Shown in pieces: positions 27,141-38,384 of a stretch of DNA of 64,000 nucleotides. This DNA is from Eutreptiella sp. 'Long Island Sound 2002' (lineage: Eukaryota > Protista > Euglenida): positions 164,114,001-164,178,000 of the forward strand of contig OZ038378.1 of the NCBI GenBank assembly GCA_964036045.1, given 5' to 3'. The translations under genes were made by a program, and so were the position numbers. The first letter of the stretch is position 1, and the number at the start of each line of letters is the position of its first letter. The notes under the pieces were generated by a model that worked only from the letters and a program-made list of their open reading frames with translations, was not told the DNA's origin and made no database searches.

Positions 27141-27683
27141 CTGGCGGAACGGGCAGAGCAGACATGCATGTGGCAGGGAAACTGGTGCTCTGTAGCGATC
27201 GGCCCCGTAGCCACTCAGTAATACCCGCCCCCTGCACCACCAGAACTCAGTAGGAACGTGCTGCGTCCAGCGTCTGGCTCGGTAGGACCCTGCTCCATCG
27301 GATCATGTCTGGGCTGGCAGGTGCCAGTGGCAAGTCTGGAGCAGAGGCTGTGAAGGGGCTACCTGGGCCGGGGGGGGCATGCCTGAGGGTCCCATCAGCG
27401 ATGCATCAGGGGTGGGGGGAGGGGGGGCCCTCCCCGCGCCCCTTCCAGGGCCCCCGGCTGATGGTCAGCCGCGGCTGCAGGCCAACTGGCGGTTGTGCGC
27501 CAACCGGCGGCGGTCGGACTGGACGCGTGATTCACCAAAAGAAAACAAATTCCCCGTGGCCCTCTGGCGCCCCTGAAGAGGCAGGGGTTCCATAAAGGCG
27601 GGTTGAACACCGTATGGCATAGCGTGGCGTGTGTGTGCATGTTGGAGTGTAGTGCCCCCCCCCCGTCCTTGGCCCCCTGCTTA

Positions 27684-27690
27684 TAGTCAG

Positions 27691-27726
<36 letters not shown>

Positions 27727-27758
27727 ACTCACCCTCTCTCTCTCTCTCTCTCTCACTC

Positions 27759-27795
<37 letters not shown>
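27684..27795. repeat. (CT)n microsatellite
   Basis: Long CT run with CACT interruptions. Confidence 0.95.
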
Positions 27796-27798
<3 letters not shown>

Positions 27799-28112
27799 CC
27801 CAACTGCCGCCTTCAACGGCACTTGTAACCGACAGTAACCGCCCCTAACCGCTTTGGCAAAACCCCCTGCAACCGCCTTGCCTGACCGCTCCCGGGGCCC
27901 CCTGTTCTGCCCCGTCCCTTCCAGTGCACTCATGTCCCCCATGCCATCGCCGTCCGTGGCTGGGCGGTCGTCCTCGTCTGCCCACCCCCCTCCCGAGTCT
28001 GACCACACATTGGCAAAGCGATTGCTACGACCACTGTACTATGGACGGAGGGGTTTGGAGGGGGGCTGTGCAACCAACCGTCGTCTTGAGGGCGGCAGAG
28101 GGGCTGGCGCAC

Positions 28113-29063
28113 CTGAGCAGCACTCCGCACGTCGCCCCCGGCGTGGACCCCGACACGCACCCGCAGGCCGTGCCAGACCACGGCCCGCGCGGGCCCCGAG
28201 GGTTGCACGTACTGGGCCTCCAGGCCGTCGTGGCCGTTCACAGCCTTGAAGAAGTCGGGGTCAGGGGAGGGTTGCTGCAGGGCCTCGTGCTGCAGGAGCG
28301 CGCCGAACAGGGCCGCCATGTGCGGCACGCGGAACGCCGCCACCGCACAGCCCCCCGTCGCCTGCAGGGACTTCCCCTGGCACCGGGACGCCATGCGGCG
28401 TGCCAGCACCGCGAATCCTTCCACCGCGCGCGCGGCGGCCGCGGCATGCCGCGGCGGCAACCCATCTGGCACCCACGCCTCGCAAACCGCGAAAATCCCC
28501 CACCCGCTGCCACCGCCGCTGCCATCGCTGCGCGGCGAAGGCGGCGGCAGCGGTGTCGGTGCTAACATCACCGACCTGGGGGCGCCAGCCAGGGCTGCAC
28601 GGAGCCGCAGTGACTGCGTGGTCAGGACGTATAGTGCTGGGACCGCAGTCGCGGTCGCAGCCCCGATTGCGACAAGCGTCGCACGCTCGTCCATTGCCGC
28701 GTCGCACACCCCGTCGGCGGAATATCCGATTGCATCGTGGACGTCGCGGGAGACCAGGCACTCGTCGTCGCGCGCGCGCCTCTGGGCGCGCGCAGCATCC
28801 TGCACCATAACCCCGCTATACTCCGCGCGGAGGAGAGCTGGGTTGTACTCCGTCACCGGGTGGCCGTAGTGCACCCCCATCACCAGCGGAAGGCCACGGT
28901 ATAGCAGCACGTTGGCCCCGGGGGCGGGGATGCTGCTGCACGTGCCGGACGAGCCGCTGTACACCGGCATGCACGCGGGGAGCGAGAGCAGCGCCGACGG
29001 CCAGTCCAGGTACAACGCGAGGACTTGCAGCCTCGTGCAGAACACCAGCGCCTCCATCGGGTC
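28113..29063 (-). CDS. Multi-cyclase-domain gene, exon 2 (domains 2 and 3)
   Basis: Acceptor gtgttcag|GAC gives FSFVFQ-DPMEALVFC; LYRGLPLVMG, WHGLRVRVG; donor CAG|GTGCGC; 951 nt. Confidence 0.85.
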
Positions 29064-30587
29064 CTGAACACGGGGGGGGGGGGGATGTGTTGTGCGCATT
29101 CCAATCCTGAAGAGTATCTGCCCCCAGTCGCTATTGATGCATGCTACATGTGCGTGTCTTCACGCATGGTCCTGTAGGCAACTGGTGAGCGCTCGGCGCT
29201 TTTTGCTGATCGCCTCTTGTGCGCACGTGCGATAGCCCTGGGGTGGGGTTAGGGTGTGGGTGGGGGGGGGGGGAGAGGATTGGCAAGAGGCCATGGTGTT
29301 AGTTTGTTTGCCTTTGCCAGCGCCTATTGGCCTCTCGCCACTGCTCATTCCGACCCTCCGAACGGATCCGAACGTGTTTTGGTTGTGTCAACGGAGCCCC
29401 TGGATGACTTGTCCTCTTTGACTACTCCGGGGGTCGGCTGTCGCGGAGACGGGCTGTTGCCCGTGCCGTTGACCAAGTGCATCCAGATGCACACTCCGAG
29501 TCCATGCAGGGGTTTGCCGACCCCAGCACTGACTTGTGCGCGCTTGTGTGTGCATCTGCAGGATCATTTTCCTGACAGGGGCTTCCAACAACCGCAAGGA
29601 TTCTGTCCCTTTTGTCCTTTCCTTTGCCTCCTTCTGCGCCCTGCACCAATTTCGGCGAGCGCGAAATTGCCCTGCCCCTTTTTGGGGGGCGGGGGGGGGG
29701 GGGGGATTCCTCGTGTGGGTGGGGGGCTGTTCGTGCACTCCAGGCAGATTGGAGAATGGCACGTGCGAGGGAACAGTGTCCCGTTGCGCAGGCAGGCCCC
29801 TCAGCCCTTCCTCATCCACTCGGTACCACTGGTTGCTCCGATCGGAGGGGGCAGTGTCACGCTGGGGACCAGTGCCACTGGGTGGCAGGGGGCTTTTGTG
29901 GCCCTGCCAAGCTACCGTGCACCTGCAAGAACGACGAAGTGCAGGAGGCGCCCTCGCTCCGCCGCGAGGGCGGCGAGATCACGGGGACAACCCCCCGCAG
30001 GGCCAGAGCCGGTGGTGGTGCAGGTGCCTGTGCCTGTGGCTTGCACCCTCTCCTGAATCCTCGTCGTTGGTCCGGCTGCTGAGCGGCAGCGCGGGGCAGG
30101 ACCGCCCATGGGCGGGGGCGCCGGCGCTGCTGGGACGGCCCGGGGTCTGTCGGCCGTGATGCACGTGAGGGGGGGGTGTACAACACCCCCTACATTGTAG
30201 TTCACAGGGATGGGGTTGCTATAGCCTCAAGCTCTTCAGGCTTTTCTCCAACCCTTTTTCACACTTTCGGAATGCCTATTTCTATAGGCATTTGATGACT
30301 ATTGTTGACTGTTTTTTCTGTGGTTAGGCACTAAGACCTATCCATATTTATTTCAGCCCAAGCAACGGAACGCATTGCCATCCTGACCCGAGACATGCAA
30401 CAGCTTGCCACACAAATGGCTGCATGTCAGCAACCGTTGAAGGAGCGTCACGCCGTATCTGAGAGACAGTACGCCAGGTTGGGTCGCCCGACTGCCAGGC
30501 CCATACACAGTTCCGAGACAGGTACCAGCAAGACCTCTTGAATACAGCGGCGATCGGGGGTGAGGGGATGAGGCAGCGCGGAGAAAC

Positions 30588-31385
30588 CTGGAAGACGAAC
30601 GAAAAATGAGCGAGTGGCCGCTGGGGGTCTGGGCCTGGAGATGTCTCGGAGCCGCGTGACCCCGGCTGCGCCAATAGAGTCTGCATCAGATTCCACAGAA
30701 GAGCGACTGCAGTGACGTAGGCGTCAGGGACAGCGTTGTGCATCGCAGCCGCGCCTGAGACAGACACGCACACCAGCGCCATGGGGGCGACGGGGGCGGG
30801 GCTCGGCGCAGAGCACCACCACCGCAGCGGAGCCTCCCGCACAGTGCGCGTCGCGTGGGAGAATTCTCGGCGCAGCGTGGGCACTGTGGAGCGCCACAAG
30901 GGCGGCGGCGGGTCTGCAAACTGCAGGCGCTCAGCAGGCGTCAGGGGCACGGCCACGCAGTTGCCGGGCAGCTGGTCGCACGCGCGCTCCACGGCACCGG
31001 GTGTCAACAAGAATTCCCCCATCTTCGCGAGCGACGCCGCCAGCGCCGCGTCGCGCACCGTCGGGCCCACGAAGCGAATCGTGGGGCATGCACCACCGGG
31101 CGCGGCAGAATATTGGGCGCCGAAAGCCATGCCGGAGGCAACACGGAGACCGCGCCAAAGTTCCGAGGACTGCCCAACGGGACAAGGTTGCGCGCCTTCC
31201 AGAAATCGAAGAAAGTTGGGGGGCCACATCGCGTCCAGCAACGCCGCTTGGAGGTGATGTGCGAAGCGCACCGCGGGCGGGACGGTGAGGAAGACAACCA
31301 GGGAGCACTGGGGGTCGGAGGCAGACAGGTAGCCCCCGTGCCGCTGGATGGCTTTGCAGAGGATGTCGCGGTAGACGGCAATGCC
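30588..31385 (-). CDS. Multi-cyclase-domain gene, first visible exon (domain 1, start of domain 2); 5' incomplete
   Basis: Strong polypyrimidine acceptor ttttcatcttctttcgtggcctccag|GGC; HGGY, LWRGLRVASG, AKMGEFLL; donor CAG|GTTTCT; no ATG start. Confidence 0.8.
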
Positions 31386-33519
31386 CTGGAGGCCACGAAA
31401 GAAGATGAAAACGTAGGCGCATCACGGGGTAGGGATTGCGTGGGGGTTGGGTGTTAGTTACGAAAAAAGTCCTAAATTTCCTAAAATGGGTCAAAATGGT
31501 TTTTTGCCAAATGTGGAGAACTTTTGGACTTTTGGAGCACTGAAAACGGGCAAAACGGACTCAACACACGAATAGGACCACTTATTTGAGCATCCCATAA
31601 ACCCCAGTACTATTTTTGGAGAAATGCACTTTGGACCATTTTTTCACCATTTTTTCATTTCCAAAAATGGCACCTTTTCCACATCCGAAGCTGAAAGATA
31701 CATCCTAGTTTCTCATGGCTCATGTGCCATGCCCACTTTGAGCGCCATGTATTGCTTTGGGACCCTTGTGGTGATGAACGAAATGATGAATGGAAACACT
31801 GGGAAGCCCGTTGCTTCCGCACCATGCACACGGGGTACTTTGCACGTGCCAGGGTAGGGTTACCAGGGGAGGGCGGTTTCAAGAGAGGGAAAGTGGTTAC
31901 TCAACCAGCCAAGCCCCAACCAAGCTCTGCCCAAAGCCCCAACCGCTCCTTCCGTTCCGATCATCCCCACATGTAAGCAGCTGAGTAGAACAGATGGCGC
32001 TGCAGCCCAGGAGGCTCAGTGAAGGGCGTTCCAAGTCCATTGGATGGGCAAGCATCTGCAACCTAAGGCAATCGTATGACGGCCGTCCGACTGGTGCCAT
32101 GAACGCAGATTCCCTCGCCCTTTGTTCTGAGCTGGGTTGCCCGTTTAGCCCACGATGTGTCAATGTGACCGTATGATGCACAGGGTTGAGGCACGAAGTA
32201 CAAAATGCTCAGAGCTGATCACCAACAGCTGTCGCCAGCTATGTAACCATTTGGGGTTTCAAGTCAATAGATGTGATTTAAAGTATGATAACATCAAATA
32301 CCGCAGCAGTACGCGGTGCACCTTGTTTCCCGAATCGGCAGCGCTGGCTCATGCAAGGGGATCTCACCAATAAGGAAGGATTGAAAAAAGACAACACAAA
32401 AGAAGGAAAATCTTGCCTGTGGCCGTGGCATGGGATTGGTCTGGTAGCAACCTGCACAGTTGGCACAACCTTTGGTTCTCGAGGAGGCTATGCAAGACTA
32501 TCAAGGGTAGACTATGCAGATGTATGGTTACCGTGTGGTACAGCGGTTGTTGGTCAAGGCCATTCATTAGGGGGACGGGATGAGATTTTGTACTGGTCAC
32601 AATTGCAACATACTCCCGCAGCTTCTACTCCTTGGCGAGCGGTGGCCTTACAAAGACCTGAAGGTCTGAGGGCGCTCTTCGTTGGTGATCCCATTTGTGG
32701 TCGTTGTTCCCTTGTCTTACCATTCGTACTATGCGACTGGAAAGCATGCATTCATCAAGTAATTATGGGCAAAGGTTGGGCAAATGAATGTGACTAACGA
32801 CAAGACACACACGCACCTCCGCCAAGGCAGCGGCATCTGCCTGTGCCAACTCGGCATAGCCCACAACAATTGTCAAACAAAACGTGAGCTCATGAGCAAT
32901 GGGAGCGATGGCTTGGCGATTGCAATTTTGTAGCACCTTCGAAGCATTCGGCGAGAGGGCAGCGGCGGTAGCCATAGAGCGGGGAGAGTCGGGTTGCATG
33001 CTTGTACGCACATGCAACAGAGGTGCATCACCGGAGCATCCTCGTGCACAAGCAAGGTCCTAGAAAGTGGTACTTGTTGTTGCTTGGGTGATGATATGAA
33101 GTCACCTTGCTTGTTCGTGCTCGCCGCGTAGGTCTTGCAGTCCTCCCCGCAGAAGGTGAAGACCTCCTTGTCGGTGTTGTTGACACGGCCGCAGCCCGCA
33201 AAATAGCTGTTGCGGCTCTTAACTTTTTGCAACACAAGACAAAAAGGATGCAGCTAACATAGAAAATGTGCACATCAACGCAAGGTTGCACAATGGGGTT
33301 GCATGATGTGTGGAGGTTTTGTGACGCCCTGGATTCCACGAATCCTAGCCTAGCCGGCTGCCCCCCCCCCGCCCCCGAAATTGCGGATTCTACGGATTTT
33401 GGGGATTTTGCGGACCAACCAAAATGAGCAAAAACCTGGGGTATGGAATGTTCATGGCACACCCCTGCAGCCTGTGTGACATGCACAGACGACAGAGACA
33501 AGCAAATACAAAGAAAGTA

Positions 33520-34080
33520 CAGGAGGCCTTGTGTGCGCCCATCATAGCCAAGGTCCGGGGTAGGGAGGCGGGGTTGATCAATTTTCCTCATGATTTCAGG
33601 TTTCGTCTTCGACGGCCCACAAAGTGTCACCTAAGGTTCACTGCTCGGGCTGGGTGTTCCGCCAGACGGCGAATTGGTGTTCTGGGGTTTTTCGTTTTCC
33701 CCCCTAGTTGGCCAACGTATGGTCGAAAACGGCCTATCACAGCATACACTAGAATTCCAGCGACACATAGTGACTGGTTCAGTGGATACTTGCAAAGGCG
33801 TCCGATGTGTGCGAGGCGAGGGCGAAGAGAGTCATGTAGCAGGCTATTGCATTCAATCAGGGTTTTGTCGACAGCGTCCCAATCAATTCGTCGTCGTTCC
33901 AGTAGGACGTGTCTTCGTTCCGCTATCTCATCCCATTTTGTCCAAAAAGCCTCCAGCGCTCGATTCTGGTCCTTGGTATTGAGGCGGTGGTAGAAAGGCC
34001 TGTCTGGGTCTGGCTGGTGTTTGCTTGTCGGGTCCAGCGCACGATTTCGACGTGTCAGCGTGTGTAGCGTGCGTGCAATT
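33520..34080 (-). pseudogene. Penelope-like element fragment 3: N-terminal half of GIY-YIG endonuclease
   Basis: Hand translation AFWTKWDEIA...GILVYAVIGRFRPYVGQLGG / PIRRLAEH...LR*HFVG aligns with ORF 46294-47139. It has a frameshift and stops and is not in the ORF track because no start codon lies upstream. Confidence 0.75.
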
Positions 34081-35189
34081 GCGTGTGTGTTGAGATTGTG
34101 CAGGGGGGCTTGTGCATGCTCAATAAGGACAAGTTCCCAAGGGCCAGGACTTTTCGTCCAACAAGTTTTTGACGGGTCCAGTTAATGGTTGGGGATAGAT
34201 CTTCTCCATGAGTTCATGGCGTTGCCGGTACGAACCGGTGGTCCGGGCTTCCTCTCTCAGCCCCCCGCACGATAAGCTCCGACACGGTAACCATCAGAGC
34301 GTCAAACAGTTGGCACAATTTTTTCTTCCGGTTTACAGTTGACCCCCCCCCGAGGGTGCCGCTCGCGTTGAGCTGGCGGTGGTTCGGGCGTGGCCGGGTA
34401 CTCGTGCGGCTCCCTGCCGCAGGTCAGAGTCAGGAGTGGTAGACAGAAAAGGAACATACAATTGGGGCTTAGTGGCGGCCCCTCTGGCGGCCCTCGAAGC
34501 GTCCCCGTGGCGTCGCTGCTCCTGCGCACGTGGCCCGAGACACCTACGTTTAGACGGTGGTCCTTGCCCGGTCTGAGCTTGCTCGGGGCGGGGGCGCACA
34601 AAACAGCGTTGGGGTGTGGGGGGCTGCCCCGCTGACTGACCCGCCACTCCCACCGGCGCGCCACGCGCCCCCTTCCTTTGCTCAGGACGGGGGACGCCCA
34701 CAGGCACAACTCGCTTGGCGGTGCGGGTGGTCTGGCACTGGCGTCCGCTACCCTGTGCACCGGGTCTGCGGCGTTTCCTCGGGCCCCTCCCCCACCCCCC
34801 GTCCCAACCCTGAAGGCCGGCTGTGTGCCTCCTTGATGCCTCCCTGTGGGCGGCTCAATGATCTCCACGCCGGAGCTGCTCGTGGAGCCGCTGTCAGAGC
34901 CGTCCGAGGAGCCGGTATCCGTGTCTTCGGTTGGGTCGGGTACAGCATCCCCACCATGGCCACCCTCAGCAGGTGGGTCCACCGTATCAGCGTGGCGGTC
35001 ACCCGGAGGAGGAGGTAAGTGGACAGCCCCGACATAGCTAGAATCCTCCTCGAGCTTGTCAGCGCCAAACATGCCTCCTCCCCATACTGCGATGCAGTTG
35101 GTAATCTCCTCGACACTACTCCCCACCGACTCCGACGACGGGGACAGGAGCTGTAACGGCCCGAGCACCTCCGGGTCTTTGAAGGCCGT

Positions 35190-35914
35190 GGCATACCGCA
35201 TTGCTGTGGGGATATCCGTCCACCCTCCCCACCATTTGAAGTACGGCAGGTTCGGCTTGCGGCCCTAGGATGCGCCTGCCCCGCCCCTTCGGAGACAGTG
35301 CCACGCGTAGCCCCTCCAGCGGGTGCCTACCAACAGCTCGGCCAGGCCGCGTTCCAGGGCAGGGGCACCCCAGCGACGTACGGAGCATCCCAAGCGACGC
35401 CATGAATGCGGGCGTAATCGCGGAGCCATCCTGCCCACGCCGCCGGGTACCGCGCTAGCGGACGTCTGTGCCACCCTTGTTGTTTGGGCTTGCTGCGGAA
35501 GAACACGAGAGAGGCATCCTCAACATCGCACGGTCGCACGCTCGCTGCCTCCCCCACGAGGAGGAAGCAAACCCATGAGAGCACACCCAAGGCTGCAACG
35601 ACGCGCTGCTGGTCCGTGCTCGCTGCCGACCAAAGCTCACGCAACATAGGAGGCGTAGCGTAGTCCTGGCCTTTCGGCTGGGACCCGCCCCCCGCAATGC
35701 GCCGATGGAGCGGCAGGACCGTGGGCGGAAGGATACACAGGTCTTCCAGGGCCCGGACGGCAGCGAAGATGCCGCGCATGCCCGAGGCGGATTGGCCCTG
35801 GCCGGACCGCGCGGCCAAGCTCTCGGCCAGGACCTCCTGCGGGCCCAATTCTGGGCGTTGTCGTTCGGTCTCCACCAGCTGGGTGATTGCGGATCTGTAG
35901 CGAGCCCGCGTCAA
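35190..35914 (-). pseudogene. Tyrosine recombinase relic (DIRS/VIPER/Crypton-type)
   Basis: FL(L)VGEA with the catalytic Arg replaced (CTC, one base from CGC), SKPK, frameshift, WHCLRRGGA, stop, WGRW...MRYA (Tyr at 35193-35195). Confidence 0.8.
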
Positions 35915-36840
35915 TGGTCTCCAGTCGAGGATGGCCTGCGCGCAGACACTCCCTTCCCCGTCGGCTCATGCTGCTTCATCCCACATATCCCTTGCCGCGA
36001 GGAAGGTAGCTGCGGTGCCGCCCCACAGGGGCGCATCGGCTCCGTGCCGCGCCACGTCCCGCTCGCTGGCAGGCGCTGGATGCCCTGACGAGGCATCCTG
36101 AGAATCCGGCTCACCCTTGCGCCCGTCGGGGTGGCCGGTATGGACCAATCAGCTCCAATAGGGGCACTGGAAATGCCAGTGCTGGCGCTCCCCTTCGGGC
36201 TTGCGTAGATCTCGGCATCGTCGGCAGTCTCCGCGGAAGGCTTGGCAGCCACGGGAATATGATTGCCATTGCTGGCAATCCACTTCAACACACCCTCCCG
36301 GGTAACGAATTTCACCCCGCGGTATGTGACCTGCGGGACGCCTCGCGCCAACACCTCCTCCCACTGGAGCTTGTCCAGCGTGTCCCTGGCCTCCGCACTC
36401 TGCTGCTGCGCCGTATAGCGGGAGCGGTAAGCCTAATGGCTTTGCTGCAGGCACGCCCACATCCTGTATGCCAGGGTATCGCCTGGGCTAGCCTGCGAAG
36501 CGACGTCCCCTCCAACCCCGGCTGGCCGCGCGGGCCGCAGGACTACCACCACGTACTGCCGCAAGGCGCCCAGGGTGTCCCGCATCCACTAGGGCAGCCG
36601 CTCGCAGCCCTGGAACTCTTGCAGCGTGGCTTCGTTCAGCTCAGGGACTACCGCCTGGTCCGCGATCTTCTGTGCCTCCAGCCGTGCTCTGAGGCCTTCC
36701 ATCTCCAGTCTCTGGCGGTCCAGGAGTGCCTTCAGTTCTTCTGCTGTGGCATTGTCGGGTACTGCCGACGGGGGTGCCGGGGCATTGGAACCTGACCCCT
36801 CATTTTGGGACTGATTCTTGGCAGGGGAGCGTGCAAACAT
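35911..36840 (-). pseudogene. gag-like/coiled-coil ORF upstream of the recombinase, with two in-frame TAG stops
   Basis: ORFs 36589-36840 and 35911-36354 are in one frame separated by TAG codons; coiled coil EELKALLDRQRLEMEGLRARLE. The gag label is positional inference only. Confidence 0.45.
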
Positions 36841-36855
36841 GCTGTCAGAAAGAAA

Positions 36856-38250
36856 TTAAAATTCAGAAAGATCCTGAATGAAAGGGGTAAACAGTGTTCG
36901 CTGGGGCAAACACAGGTTCAACCGGCCCTCCTTGGTCCAACGGTGGATGCCCTCAACACGTTGGGTAGAGACAATACCTCTTGTAAAAACCCTCACCTGG
37001 TAACACCGTGCCCACTTTTGCACCTTGTCTCCCCCCCCAGGTTGGAATAAGGTAGTCACGTGCGGCAGCAAACTCCAGGTCCTCAAGGATACCATTCCAA
37101 ATGGCACAAAAGGCGGGATGGACACTTGGCGGTGGGCACGGGACATTTGCGCCGCAAGCCGTTTGAAAGCCTCATCCCCAAGCTTACCCTTCACATTTTT
37201 TGCGACATTTTTGGCAATATGCCAATAGCACCAGAAGTGCTTGGAAGCGGGGAAAATTGTTTTAGCCGCGTTACTTGCCTTGACACAGGCATCAGTGAAG
37301 AGCACGACAGGGGCCATACCAACGGCGGCCAACCAATTAGAAAATTGGTATTCGAAGTCTCTAGTTTCTCCCCTATAACCACCGCTTGGGCCAACAAAAG
37401 AGACTGGCCAAAATTGTTCACCCCGACGAAAAGGCCCACATTCAAATCGTACCGGTTGCTTTGGTACGCATTGTCATGTAGGAGGAGGCAGGGAAAGCGG
37501 CGTGCCAATGTGATTTGCTCCTTTGACATCCAAAACACATGGCTTAGGCGCCCCTTGCAATCCCGTTTCAAATCCACATACCAACCCTCTATGTCACGCT
37601 TTTTTTGTAGTGTTGTCAGCAGTTCGTGGGCATCGTAGGCGGAGCTGTACCCGTGTTCCTCGAAAAGGTTGTGTATGTGTTTTGGGGTGATGTTGTGGTA
37701 TCCACGCTTGCGCATGAACTCCACAATGTTGCGGGGGGGCACAAAGGACTTTCCTAGATCTAAGACCATGCTTAGATCCTCTGGGGGAAGGTGAAGCTTG
37801 GCAAGGAGCTTCTTTTGTGATGGGGTTTGGGTGGGATGGTTGTGGTCAAGTAGGAGACCTTTTTCGCCCACAACCCATTGCTCCCTCATTCCCACCTTCC
37901 TTCTGGATAGGTAAAGATTAAAAGGGCATTTGTCAGCTTCCCCCTCGGCTGACTTGGTTGCGCAAGTGCGGCTATCTTTTGGGTCAATCCCTCTTTCCGC
38001 AGATGATTTCTTTTTTGGGGCCACCCGCCTAACACCTTTACAATAAAAGTATACTTGGCCGTCGGAGCTTCTACGGCTAATAACAGGGCCATTATCATCG
38101 GCCCATTCAAGTACAGTCGCAATGGCTGCTTCGCGATCATAGCCAGTCTAAGCGATAACACCGGGGACCAGGGCCCAGTCTCCTTCCTTGGGGATATCTT
38201 TCAAGTTGGCATCTTCTTCATCACATTCTCCTTCTTGCACATCCGACTCA
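36856..38250 (-). pseudogene. FAR1/MULE (Mutator-like) transposase relic
   Basis: FAR1-like N-terminus (VYFYCKG...KCPF...WVV...DHNHP), LHDNAYQSNRY...FVGVNNFGQS, frameshift near 37335, VLFTD...IFP..KHFWCYWHI. Confidence 0.85.
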
Positions 38251-38384
38251 CCCGAGGACGTCGTCGTACTGAAGTCGCTCAGACATGGAGCCTGATATAT
38301 GCAGGGGTCACAGATGCTTTTGCTGTTTTGTGCGTTTTCTTTCTCTTTATTGTGTTGATTTTGTGCTATATAAGAAGCAGGGTA

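Noticed and set aside
29857-30186. GC-rich segment with a CAG|GTGCAC donor as an extra exon
   Set aside because: The flanking exons already join to FSFVFQ-DPMEAL, and no frame here gives a cyclase motif.
32285-32797. LFVGDP resembling an SF1 helicase motif (Helitron/UPF1)
   Set aside because: A single short match without QLPP or any other helicase motif.
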